Assembly (NCBI RefSeq): GCF_030028105.1
Contig: NC_092379.1
Coordinates: 45,866,150 to 45,930,149, forward strand
DNA: 64,000 bases
Source of the DNA: Mobula birostris
Lineage: Eukaryota
Direction of reading: 5' to 3'
The notes below the pieces were generated by a model. The model saw only the letters and a program-made list of their open reading frames with translations, had not been told where the DNA came from and ran no database searches. The translations under genes were made by a program, and so were the position numbers. Positions 1 to 11,616 of this stretch are shown in pieces (position 1 is the first letter of the stretch; every line of letters begins with the position of its first letter).

Positions 1-178
1 TCTGGTCTCACTACCCTCTAATTCTCTCCCCTTGGTAAAAACATATGCAAAGTATACTTTAGGACTGAACGCTCATAATCGCTCTCCAAAAGCATGCTTC
101 CGCTTTCTACTTTATCCGTGAATGGTTCTGTCCTCTGCCGAGTTATCTTTGTATCTTTGTTTCTTGTGGTATGTATCC

Positions 179-328
179 NNNNNNNNNNNNNNNNNNNNNN
201 NNNNNNNNNNNNNNNNNNNNNNNNNNNNNNNNNNNNNNNNNNNNNNNNNNNNNNNNNNNNNNNNNNNNNNNNNNNNNNNNNNNNNNNNNNNNNNNNNNNN
301 NNNNNNNNNNNNNNNNNNNNNNNNNNNN
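179..328. other. Assembly gap (150 N)
   Basis: Run of N; true size unknown. Confidence 0.99.
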
Positions 329-329
329 T

Positions 330-760
330 GAGAGTTTTCTCGCTTATTCATATTTTTTCAGTATCACCGTTCGATTTTATCTCCCTGAACCTTAAGCATG
401 CTTTCTTTATCTTCTTGACTAAATTTGCCACATCTGCCGCCATCCACTCTTCCCAAGAAGTTATAGATTCCATTACAATTATGTGTTTTATGCGTATCGG
501 CTAGCCTCGGAAGTTGATCATTTATCATATTCATTGCCCATCTTCTTCTCCCTTTGACATCATTATGGAAAATGGTTTGCAGTTTGCCATGTTGTTCGAA
601 TTTGACAAATTCCTTCACAATGAACAATCTGATAGGATCTTCGTCCTTAAGTCCATTTCCTTTCTGTCTTCTGATCAGAAATGACTCCGATTACTACACT
701 AAGTTAGGCAGATCTGAGTTTTTTCATCTCAATGCTTTCTGTCTGGTCGAGTTCCTCCAG
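330..760 (-). mobile_element. Old CR1 LINE ORF2 fragment
   Basis: Minus-strand peptide EEWMAADVANLVKKIKKACLRFRE resembles EPWVTTEVESLVRWKKAAYMRFRK of the CR1 at 5055-5660. Confidence 0.45.
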
Positions 761-1233
761 TATCTTGTGTGTTGCTTCGTCACTATCCACGCACATTGCC
801 TGCGAATTCTCGAAACCACAACTGAAAATAAACTTCGGCTCAGATTTTGTTACTACGGCTGGCATCAGATTCATGCTGACAACCAGTGGTGAATAGAGGA
901 AGCAAGATAGGGAGACAGGGATGTGTTCAGTTTGTCTACATCAATAGGAATAATCTTTAGTTATTCGTGGTGATGAACTGAATTGGTTTCAGAGTATTTT
1001 CTGTGTCATAATGACCATTAGACTTTTAACATGTTTTTGCGAAGCTCTCTCCATATAACACAGCAAAGAGAAATACGTTCAGTACGACGGAAGGAAGCAA
1101 TGAAGATTTTTCTTTAAATTTCTATCCGTACATTCACGTTAATGCGTCAATTATTTTACCGATGTAATTATGGGATATAATGCATATCATTATCCAAGCT
1201 ATAATCGTAGTGAATGCGCCTTCATTCTGCATT

Positions 1234-1267
1234 ATGCAAATGAGGCCAGACTCTCGAGGCTTATAAA
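1234..1267 (+). promoter_or_regulatory. IgNAR V promoter: octamer ATGCAAAT (1234-1241) and TATA box TATAAA (1262-1267)
   Basis: Perfect Ig octamer/decamer ATGCAAATGA in heavy-chain orientation, 20 nt upstream of TATAAA and ~120 nt upstream of the leader ATG. Confidence 0.8.
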
Positions 1268-1357
1268 GTCTTTGCTCCTCCACAAGGTTGCACAGACAGC
1301 CTGCGCTGATGTCTGGAACCTTCTCTGTATAGCAGGCTTTCAGGCCGTGAAGGAGCG

Positions 1358-1400
1358 ATGAATATTTTATATGTTTCGATATTTTTAACCTGGTTGCCAA
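1358..1400 (+). CDS. IgNAR: IgNAR leader exon L1
   Basis: ATG at 1358 encodes MNILYVSIFLTWLP+A, then donor GTAAGC at 1401. The phase-1 join to 1530 gives MNILYVSIFLTWLPNAFS, close to the nurse-shark IgNAR leader MNIFLLSVLLALLPNVFT as I recall it. Confidence 0.93.
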
Positions 1401-1529
1401 GTAAGCACAGTTCAGTTTTACAGAGAATAATGGTTACTATATTGCTGTTGCTTCCACAAATTTCATTTTATGTTAAATCCTGTGCTGCTTCAGATATGCG
1501 ATGATTAAATATGTTTTTTTTTCCTTCAG

Positions 1530-1801
1530 ATGCCTTCAGTGTATCGGTTGAACAGACACCAAAAGAAGCAATAAAACAACCAGGCGAAACTCTGACCATC
1601 AACTGTGTTTTAAAAGATGGTAACTGTAACCTGAATGTCACATCATGGTTCATCCAAAGACCGAGTCAATCGGGTTGGGATAGGCTGTCTATTGGAGGAC
1701 GATATGCGGAATCAGTCAACAACACAAACAAGTCATTTTCCCTACAGATCAGCAACTTAATTGTTGAAGACACGGCCATGTATTTTTGCAGTGGTCAAGA
1801 C
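1530..1801 (+). CDS. IgNAR: IgNAR variable exon (L2+VNAR), type II-like
   Basis: Acceptor ttccttcag. Encodes VSVEQTP...TLTINCVLKDGNCNLNVTSWFIQRPSQSGWDRLSIGGRYAESVNNTNKSFSLQISNLIVEDTAMYFCSGQD. Canonical Cys/Trp/Cys, a short Trp-to-second-Cys span of 48 aa (no CDR2), GGRY and SFSL motifs, extra CDR1 Cys at 1625-1627, no stops. Confidence 0.96.
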
Positions 1802-1839
1802 CACAGTAACGAAGCTGAGCACACGCCAATTCAATAACT
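1802..1839 (+). promoter_or_regulatory. V 3' recombination signal, 22-bp spacer
   Basis: Heptamer CACAGTA 1802-1808, 22-nt spacer, nonamer TCAATAACT 1831-1839 (6/9 to ACAAAAACC). Confidence 0.9.
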
Positions 1840-2034
1840 TTGAAAATCTTTCACGCGAGAATGTCTGACTGCTTCGTTCTTATGGAAAAGAAAATTACTG
1901 ATCAGCAGTTGATTCCGCTGTAGAGCGAGCGTACATTAGTACTAAGTTGGCGACAGTCACAATGCCGCTTATATCCAAATGGACACAGTTGGAGGTGCAG
2001 CGTCAGTATTCTCCCAGAGTTATGTAAATGGAGA

Positions 2035-2113
2035 CCTTATTGCTATTGAATCAACCACTGTGCCAAGTGACAACCCACAGTGATGAACCTTTAGTCCCCT
2101 TCATGCACAAATC
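2035..2113 (+). other. IgNAR: D1 segment (2063-2075) with 5' 12-RSS and 3' 22-RSS
   Basis: ccttattgc-12-CACTGTG | CCAAGTGACAACC | CACAGTG-22-gcacaaatc. Both heptamers are perfect; the 5' nonamer is weak (5/9). Frames PSDN, QVTT, K-stop. Confidence 0.9.
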
Positions 2114-2425
2114 GCCTCGGCAGTTATTAATGTGAAATTAATGTAAAATATTCCTTTAGGGACTAAAACTGCTTTCTGACAAAGATTCTTTATCTCTGCC
2201 AGAGACTGGTACACAAAACATAGCCTTGCTCTATATGTTTGTGCAATTGCAGTACATATATGATAATCATATTAATAACAATGCCTTGATATTATCTACC
2301 TGGCTGAGAATGATTATCGACGGGATTTAAACAAGCCAGTGCAACCATTTAATTTTTGTCCCCTACCATTGTATCATGGACGTATGGGATTATCTGACGG
2401 ATTTATACGCTATTTACAACAATGA

Positions 2426-2493
2426 GGATATTGTGCTCATGTGAACTGATGTGCAGCAACAATGCCACAGTAGTCTAAACCATAGCACAAACC
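2426..2493 (+). other. IgNAR: D2 segment (2454-2465) with 12/12 RSS
   Basis: ggatattgt-12-tgatgtg (reverse complement CACATCA) | CAGCAACAATGC | CACAGTA-12-gcacaaacc. Frames QQQC, SNN, ATM. Confidence 0.88.
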
Positions 2494-2797
2494 TCCGAGA
2501 CAGTTTTATCTTTTTTAAGCTCATCTCTTTGTAAAAGGGACTACGAAATATGCCTTTACGTGCATGGATGTTACTCAACATAGTTTTTCAAACGACTTTA
2601 CTTCTCCTTTAGGTTGAATTCTACTTACAGTCCCTGGTACTCAAACAGCGAAATTCCAGTTTTATTATCATATGCGCTTACAGCGCACTGAATAAATACA
2701 AGGGCGGGTGAAACTGAAGGAAATGGAATATATTGGTCAGCCCTTCGTTCCTGTATTATTGTGGAAAGCCTCCGTCTACAATTCAGTTTCAATGATT

Positions 2798-2836
2798 ACT
2801 TTTTGAATTGTGCTGAATAGGAAGTTAATCATTGTG
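2798..2836 (+). promoter_or_regulatory. J 5' recombination signal, 23-bp spacer
   Basis: Nonamer actttttga 2798-2806, 23-nt spacer, heptamer CATTGTG 2830-2836. Confidence 0.85.
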
Positions 2837-2883
2837 TAATGAACTCCATAACGGAACGGGCACAAAGCTGACTGTGAAACCTG
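2837..2883 (+). CDS. IgNAR: IgNAR J segment
   Basis: Encodes NELHNGTGTKLTVKP(G) with the GxGT-x-LTV FR4 motif; phase-1 donor GTAAGT at 2884. Confidence 0.94.
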
Positions 2884-3658
2884 GTAAGTGATATCTTTTA
2901 TTACGTTTTGAGTAAGCACGTACTTTTCCCCGTGGTGAAGTATAATTATATTCTCGTTTAAATGATACAAACCGAAAAGGGCAATATGATAATGTATTCT
3001 TGGAGTATAAGCATTTCACTGAGACACCCCAGAAGAATTTAAGTATACGCCTTTCTCCTCCCAAGATAATACTTTCACTCGTTTAAAATAAAACGAAAAT
3101 TGGAGTATTTTTACAAATTGAAGCGCACAAATTACCCTCGACCTGCTACGCCCCACCCACGTCCGACGGTTACTTTAAAGTATTACCTGCTGTATTGATG
3201 TAAGTGCCATGTCCTCATATCTTGGCATATTTGAGTGTGGATTTACACCCCAATGATCGCAGACCCAAGCAGTATAGAACTTTGAAGATGAAATAGATTT
3301 CAGTTCAGAAAGAGATCGATAGCTTAATAACTTGATACTTCGAGGGGGTTGTTGAAACAGATGCTCATTCGGAAAACAACTTGTCTTCAGCTAGAATAGA
3401 AGAAAAAAATGTCTTCTATTTAGAAACACATATCATTCTCTAACAAATCCATACCTTTCGTGAGAGCCTGGAAGACCAGGTTCAAACACATTTTATGCTG
3501 TCAGAATCGTTGGACTTGTATAACGTTGGTTATATTTTAGTGTCAATGGTCAGAGTGCTCAGGGAGGGCAGAGGTAGGCTAAAGTTCTGTGCGTAAGGCC
3601 AGAAAAGATACTGAATGAATGTCAACATAATCAGTATCGTCTTTGAAAGCGGGGCACA

Positions 3659-6600
3659 ATAGACATAGGCATAGACATAGAATAGCACAGCACATTACAG
3701 GCCCTTCGGCCCACAATGTTGTGCTGATTCTCAAATCCTGCCTCCCATATAACCCCCCATCTTAAATTCCTCCATATACCTGTCTAGTGGTCTCTTAAAC
3801 TTCACTAGTGTATCTGCCTCCACCACTGACTCAGGCAGTGCATTCCACGCACCAACCACTCGCTGAGTAAAAAACCTTCCTCTATTAGCCCCCTTGAACT
3901 TCCCTCCCCTTACCTTAAAGCCATATCCTCTTGTATTAAGCAGTGGTGCCCTGGGGAAGAGGCACTGGCTATCCACTCTATCTCTTCCTCTTGTTATCTT
4001 GTACAACTCTATCATGTCTCCTCTCATCCTCCTTCTCTCCAAAGAGTAAAGCCCTAGCTCCCTTAATCTCTGATTATAATCCATCCTCTCTAAACCAGGC
4101 AGCATCCTGGTAAATCTCCTTTGTACCATTTCCAATGCTTCCACATCCTTCCTATAGTGAAGCGACCAGAAATGGACACGGCACTCGAAGTGTGGCCTAA
4201 CCAAAGTTTTATTGAGCTGCATCATTACATCGAGACTCTTAAATTCTAGCCCTCGACTTATGAAAGCTAACACCCCATAAGCTTTCTTAACCACCCTATC
4301 TACCCGTGAGGCAACTTTCAGGGCTCTGTGGACATATACCTCCAGATCCCTCTGCTCCTCCACACTACCAAGTATCCTGCCATTTACTTTGTACTCTGCC
4401 TTGAAGTTTGACCTTCCAAAGTGTACCACCTCAGACTTCTGGTTGAACTCCATCTGCCACTTCTCAGCCCACTTCTTCATCCTATCAATGTCTGTCTGCA
4501 ATCTTCGACAATCCTCTACGCTATCTATAACACCACCAACTTTTGTGTAGTCTGCAAACTTGCCAACCCACCCTTCCACCAGAACATCAAGGTTGTTAAT
4601 AAAAAATCACGAAAGGTAGAGGTCCAAGAACAGATCCTTGTGGGACAACACCAGTCACAATCCCCCAGTCTGAATGTACTCCCTCCACCACGACCTTCTG
4701 CCTTCTTCAGGGAAGCCAATTTTGAATCCACCTGTGCAAACTTCCCTGGATCCCATGCCTTCTAACTTTTTGCATAAGCCTACCGTGTGGAACTTTGTCA
4801 AATGCCTTACTAAAATCCATATAGATCACATTAACTGCACTATCCTCATCTATATGCCTGGTCACCTCCTCAAAGAACTCTATCAGACTGGTTAGACACG
4901 ATCTTCCCTTCACAAAGCCATGCTGACTGTTCCTGATCAGATCATGATTCTCTAAATGCCCTTAGATCCTATCTCTAAGAATCTTTTCCAACAGCTTTCC
5001 CACCACAGACGTAAGGCTCACTGGTCTGTAATTACCCGGAGTATTCCTACTAACTTATTTGAACAAGGGGACAACATTCGCCTCCCTCCAATCCTCCGGT
5101 ACCATTCCCGTGGATAACGAGGACATAAAGATCCTAGCCAGAGGCTCAGCAATCTCTTCCCTCGCCTCATGGAGCAGCCTGAGGAATATTCCGTCAGGCC
5201 CCGGGGGCTTATCCATCCTAATGTATTTTAGCAACTTCAAAACCTCCTTTCCCTTAATATCAACATGCTCCAGAACATCAACCTCACTCATATTGTCCTC
5301 ACCATCAAGTTCCGTCTCCTTGGTGAATACAGAAGAGAAGTATCCATTCAGGACCTCACTCATTTCCACAGCCTCCAGGCACATCTTCCCACTTTTATCT
5401 CTAATTGGTTCTACCTTCCCTCCTGTCATCCTTTTGTTCTGCACATAATTGAAGAATGCCTTGGAGTTTTCCTTTACACTACTCTCCAAGGCATTCTCAT
5501 GCCCCCTTCTTGCTCTTTTCAGCCCCTTCCTAAGCTCCTTTCTTGCTTCCCTATATTTCTCAATAGGCCCATCTGATCCTTGTTTCCTAAACCTCATGTA
5601 TGCTGCCTTCTTCCACCTGACTAGACTTTCCACCTCAGTTGTCACCCATGGTTCCTTCACCTACCATCCTATATCTTCCTCACCAGGACAAATTTATCCC
5701 TAACCTCCTGCAAGAAATCTCTAAACATCGACCACATGTCTATAGTGCATTTCCCTGCAAAAACATCATCCCAATTCACACCCGCAAGTTCTAGCCTTAG
5801 AGACTCATAATTTGACCTTCCCTAATTAAAAAAATCCTGTCCTCTCTGATTCTATTCTTTTGCATGATAATGCTAAAGGCCAGGGAGTGGTGGTCACTGT
5901 CCCCCAGATGCTCACCCACTGATTGATTTGTGATCTGACCCGGTTCATTACCGAGTACAAGATCTAGTATGGCATTGTCTCTAGTCGGCCTGTCCACATA
6001 CTGTGACAGGAATCCGTCCTGGACACACTTAACAAACTGTGCCCCATCTAAACCCATGTATCTAATCAGGTGCCAATCAATATTAGGGAAGTTAAAGTCA
6101 CCCATGATAACAATCCTGTTATATTTGTATCTTTCCAAAATCCGCCTCCCAATCTGCTCCTCTGTATCTCTGCTGCTACCAGGGGACCTATAGAATACCC
6201 CCAACAGAGTAACTGCTCCCTTCCTTTTCCTGACTTCCACCCATACTGACTCAAAAGCGGATCCTGCTACATTACCCACCCTTTCTGTAGCTGTAATAGT
6301 ATCCCTGACTAGTAATACCACACCCTCCCCTTTTCCCCCCTCTCTATCCCTTTTAAAACACTGAAATCCAGGAATATTGAGAATACATTCTTGCCCTGGT
6401 ATCAGCCAAGATTTTGTAATGGCCATTACATCATAATTCTATTTATGTATCCAAGCTCTCAGTTTATCACCTTTGTTCCTGATGCTCCTTGCATTGAGGT
6501 ACACACACTTCAGCCCTTCTACATTACTACCTTTACACCCTTTATTCTGCTTCTCTTTCCTCAAAGCCTCTCTATATGTTAGATCTGGCTTTACTCCATG

Positions 6601-7075
6601 CACTTCTTTCACTGCTCTATCACTCAGGATCCCATCCCCCTTGCAAATTAGTTTGAACCCTCCCGAACCATGCTAGCAAACCTACCTGCAAGGATATTCC
6701 TCCCCTTCGAGTTCAGGTGCAATCCATCCAATCTGTACAGGTCCCACCTTCCCCAGAAGAGATCCCAATGATCCCAAAATCTAAAAACCTGCACCAACTC
6801 CTCAGACACGCATTCAACTGCCATCTCCTCCAATTCTTACCATCACTGTCACGTAGCACTGGCAGCAATCCTGAGAACGCCACCCTTGAGGTCCTATTCT
6901 TCAGCCTTCGGCCCTGTTCCCGAAACTCACACTTCAGGACCTCATCCCTCTTCCTGCCTATGTCGTTGGTACCAACATGTATCACGACTTCTGGTTGCTT
7001 TCCCTCTTGTACCAGGATCTCGAGCACCCGGTCAGAGACATCCCGGACCCTGGCACCCGGGAGGCAACAAACCAT
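3659..7075 (-). mobile_element. CR1 LINE, 5'-truncated and frameshifted (ORF1 esterase, ORF2 APE endonuclease and RT)
   Basis: 6713-7075 CCLPGARVRDV..VVIHVGTNDIG (CR1 ORF1 esterase); 5797-6426 endonuclease (MGDFNFP, LGDSDH); 4707-4913 YMDFSKAFDKVPH; 3731-4579 KFAD and the RT C-terminus; short-repeat 3' tail near 3660. Confidence 0.93.
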
Positions 7076-8399
7076 AATATTAAGTCTGTACCATCTCGCT
7101 GAATGCTTTAGTCAATTGCCACGGTGCTATATTTAATTAAATGTTACAGTCCAGATTTTAATGAATGACATTCCAGATGTAAAGTGTCGCTCAAGACACC
7201 AATTATAAAGGTTTACAGTGTTAATCAGACTGTTTTGTGGTACAAAATATAAAACTGTCGTCATTGAATCAGTATGCTAAAATATAGGTTGCAATGGAAG
7301 CATTGCTGCGATACGGGTTTTAATTTTCATCAGTCAATTGAATGATAACGTTTACAAGTAGTTCCTTCCCAATGGAAACCCAGATGAAAGCAAACCTCTG
7401 ACTCTATTATGGGACCCACAAATGACAGGGAAGCAATTTGCGAAAATATCCATCATTCGTCCAATTCACGTGACCTTATTGCAATTTGTTTGCTTCATGT
7501 TTCTTAGTTTGAAACATGCTGGAAAGCTCCTTCGTCCAACCTTAGTCGTGTTTAAAAGTCCTCTTAATCTTGTTGTTTATGGAGTTTTGTGGGAACCCAG
7601 TCCAATTCCACGTGTTTTTTTTTGTTAAATAGACAAGTAAACAACATAGTCTTTGTTCGTATATAGCGCTGTGGTGTATTACTGCGTCTGCCCGGCTATT
7701 TTTTTTCCCCCCAAATTAATGTAGACCTCTCCTTGCGTCTTGATCCTCTTGGGAAAGGAATTTCTCAGACGTCAAGCACAGCCCATTCCATGCCCTTAAC
7801 TGAGAAATTGACAAGGAATCGACATGTGAGAAGAGTACCAGAGGGCTAATTCATTAAATACTTAGAAACACCATCAACACCCTTTGTATTTTATTACGCT
7901 ACTTGCAATCGAAGGGAAGCTGTGTGATACCAGCACCTCTTCTTCAGTCCAATAAAATGTATTGGACTACTCTTTCACTTAATGGTCGTCAGTTTTATTA
8001 TAAGCTCTATATCCCCTCTCCTTCTGTAATATGTGATGACCGTTTGCTTTGTGTGTCCGCAACGATCTCTGCTTTTAAAAAAAAGTGTGCCAATTTTCGC
8101 ATTCTGCATTCGAATAATTTCAACATTTGCAATACCCTGTGAAAGAAAATAAATCTTTACCTAATCTCTGTCCTAAAGGGGGAATCATATTTATACTCAA
8201 TTTTCCTCCCACATCCGAAAGAAGTTCAGTTGGTTAGCTCACTGGCAAATGAATATTGTCTACAGTGCTTAGAACAATGATAGAATTTCATGGAATTGAT
8301 GTGGTTGTGGGGGCGAATAAACTAAAATAGATTAACGTAGAATTATTGCAACTCACTTATGTAACCCTAGCCAAATCATAGGACGATTTACTAACCGTT

Positions 8400-8545
8400 C
8401 TGACTTTAGATATTAAAAATAAATGACAGTACCTGGGAAACCCACACGGTCATGGGGAGAACAAGCAAGCTTCTTAGAGACGGTGTCAGAATTGAACTTT
8501 GCACACTGACACTTCAAGCTGTGATAGTGTTGCGCTAACGGCTAG
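8400..8545 (-). mobile_element. tRNA-derived V-SINE/HE1-like fragment
   Basis: Reverse of the gtgtgggtttcc core and tRNA-like head; similar to the copies at 15820, 16390 and 20062. Confidence 0.55.
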
Positions 8546-8844
8546 GCTTCTGTGTGTCTTGCACTTCTCCATAACTCATTCTAAATATCCATGTTGGCTC
8601 ATTCCAATCGTCTGAGACTAATTTTAAATATTCGGGACCCAAACACCCATCCCTGTGATTCTAGTGAGCAGTTAGCATTGTCCTATTACAATGTCAGCCA
8701 TATTCCAAAGATGTCTGCTTAGGTTTAGTGAATGTGGGCATGCGCTGGAAACGTACCGACAGTTGTAGGCTGACCAGCACCTTCCTGACTAAATGGATTT
8801 GACGCAAACGGCTCATTTCACAAGTTTGCCTCAGTTTCATTCCA

Positions 8845-10020
8845 TAAGGCCATAAGACCATAAGAGATGGGAACAGAATTAGGCCATTTGGCCCATCCTG
8901 TCTGCTCCTCCATTTCATCATGACCGATCCAATTTTCATCTCCTACCCAATCTCATGTCTTCTCCCCGGACTTCTTCGTGTCCTGACCAATCAAGAATCC
9001 ATCAACCTCAGCTTTAAATATACATAAAGACCTGGTCTCCACAGCTTCATGTGGCAAAGAATTCCACAGATTCACCACTCTTTGGCTAAAGAAATTCCTC
9101 CTGATATCCGTTCTAAAAGAGTGCCTGTCTATTCTGAGGTTGTTGCCTCTGGTTTAGACTCTCCCACTATAGGAAACATGCTCCCCAGATCAACTTTATC
9201 AATGGTGTTCACCATTCGATAGGTTTCAATGAGATCACGCCTCCTTCTTCTGAATTCCAGCGAATACAGGCCCAGAGCCATTAAACACTCTTCATATGAC
9301 AAGCCAATAAATCCTGGAAACATTTTAATGAACCTCCTATGAACCTTCTCCAGTTTCAATGCTTCCTTTGGAAGATAAGGGGCCCAAAACTGCTCACAAT
9401 ACTCCATCTGAAGCCTCACCAGCGTTTTATAAAGCTTCAGCATTCCCTTCTTGCTTTTATATGCTAGTCATCTTGAAATGGATGCTAACATCGCATTTCC
9501 TTCCTCACCATAGATTCAACCTGCAAATTACCCTTTAGGGAATCCTGCATAGGCACTGCCAAGCCACTTTGCGGCACAGTTTTTTTGCATTTTCTCCTCA
9601 TTTAGAAAGTAGTTAACTCTTTCAAATCTTCCTCCAAGGTGTATGACCATGCACTTCTTGACACTGTATTTCAACTGCCATTTCTTTGCCTGCCAATTCT
9701 CGTAACCTGTCTAGGGCCCCTCTATTTCCTCAAAACTAGCCGCCCTCCACCTATCTTCGTATCATCTGCAAACGTTTCAACAAAATTATCAATTACATCA
9801 TTCAAATCATTGACATATAACGTAAAAATAATCGATCCCAACACAGATCCCTGTGGAACACCACTGGTCACCTGCAGCCAGACAGAAAAGGCTCGCTTTG
9901 TTTCCTGCAAAGCAGCCACTGCTTTATCCATGCTAGAATCTTCCTGTAATTCCATGGGCTCGTAGCATGTTTAGCTGCCTCATCACAGGCCTTCTGAAAA
10001 TCCAAGTACACAACATCAAT
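8845..10020 (-). mobile_element. CR1 LINE 3' fragment
   Basis: VTSGVPQGSVLG..FADDTKIGG (9722-9955), MLKLYKTLVR..YCEQFW (9129-9443); ccataaga-type tail at ~8850. Confidence 0.9.
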
Positions 10021-10399
10021 CAGCAATCGAACCGGGCACTGCAAATTGTCTCTCGTAGTGTAAAAATAGATCCTTAATTGGCAGGGTGGACTCGGAGAAT
10101 TAAAGTGGCATTAAGATCAATGTTATCTGTTGCCAGCTCTATCTCAGTAGATACACTGTCAACCTGCCATTCTTGATTCCCACATTCAGTGCACTTCAAC
10201 AATCATCTACAGCAACTTGCAGTCTGAGAAAAATGGAAACTTGCTGAAGTTGAAAAATAACTTTCGTCCCGTTCAGGTGAACCTAGTCGAAAATTGTTGA
10301 GTCTGTAAAATAATATATTTTGTAATATGGACAGACTGGTGACGTTTCAGATACGATTACCATTTAGCAAGCCTACCTTACTCATGTTTTTTCTGCGAC

Positions 10400-11340
10400 T
10401 AATACATATCATCATCGTCAAATTTAAAAGTACATATACGTCATCTGACACAAACCTGAAATTAATTTTCTTGCGGGCATTCACAGTAGATACCACGAAA
10501 CACAATAGAGTCAATGAAAACCCGCACACATTAAGACGGACAACGAAAGGGCAAAAGACAAACTGTGCAAATCAAACAGGAAAAAATAATATAAATAAAC
10601 AATAAATATCGTCAACATGAGATGAATATTTTTTTAAACTGAGCCCACAGGTTGTGAGAACAGTTCAATGTCAGGGGGAATGAAGTTGAGTGAAGGTAGT
10701 CCTTCTCGTTAAAGAACCTGATGTTGAAGGGGTAACATTTGTTTCCGAACCAATTAGTTTGGGTACCAAGGCTTCTGTACCTCCCTCCTGATGGCGGCAG
10801 CGAGAAAAGAGCGTGGCCTGGAACCTGAGGGTCCTTGAAGATAAAGGCACATTCCTGCGACAGCGCTGCGTATAGATGCGCTTAATGGCGGGGAAGGTTG
10901 TATTCGTCATGAACTGTGCTGTGTCCACAGCCATTTTTTTTGTAGGCGGTCCGTTCAAGGCCATTGATATTTCCATACCAGACCGTAATGCAATCAGTCA
11001 GTATACTCTCCACCGCACATCGACGTATGTTTGTGAAAGTTTTCGATGACATGCCGGATGTTTTCAAACTTTTAAGAGAGTACTGCTTTCTTTCTAAGGG
11101 CACTTACCAGCTGGACTCTGGATAGATCCTCTGAAATGATAACGCAGAGGAACTTGAATTTGCTAACTCTCCCGACCTCTGACCTCTAGATGAGGACCTG
11201 CAGATGGACCCGCGGTTTTCTCCTCCTGTAGTCAATAATCAACTCCTAGGTCTTGCTGACATTGGGTGAGAGATGTTATTCTGACAGCTAGATTTTCAAT
11301 CTGTCTCCTGTAATGAATTCGTACGGCCAACGACAGCTTT
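10400..11340 (-). mobile_element. Rex1/Babar LINE 3' fragment
   Basis: LKTSGMSSKTFTNIRRCAVESILTDCITVWYGN (10882-11103) matches the C-terminal region of the Rex1 copy at 35030-38470. Confidence 0.75.
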
Positions 11341-11616
11341 GATACGACGAAGATTAGTCAGGTGAAGTTTCAAAGTACAATTCAAGGTATAAAAACAAAT
11401 CACCATAAGCTGTGATACCATTATACTGAAGGAAATATCTCAGCTTTAGTCATCCCTTCAGCCGAAAGGTTTTGGAAGCGCTAACGTAGCTCTTGACATG
11501 TAGAGATTCTTATGATGCAAGGAATATTGTAGCTGTCTTATGCCTTACAAGTTGTCAGAAGAACAACGTACAATTTATCCAATCATTTCAAAGACTTTTG
11601 TTTTTCTTAATTTTAG

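Noticed and set aside
94-504. ORFs spanning the first N gap (and 50332-50765 at the second gap)
   Set aside because: Artefacts of N runs suppressing stop codons.
1091-1104. 14-mer AAGGAAGCAATGAA shared with 60816-60829
   Set aside because: Some shared 14-mers are expected by chance in 64 kb; no flanking similarity or second leader exon seen.
1958-2380. Possible third D: CACAATG (1958), CACAGTT (1984), nonamer-like AATTTTTGT (2351) and ACACAAAAC (2211)
   Set aside because: None has a partner heptamer or nonamer at 12 or 22/23 spacing.
2884-11616. Class-switch region, or a NAR-TCR supporting V-delta, in the J-C intron
   Set aside because: No tandem AGCT/G-rich repeats and no second V exon seen; the downstream exons are IgNAR C domains, not TCR C-delta.
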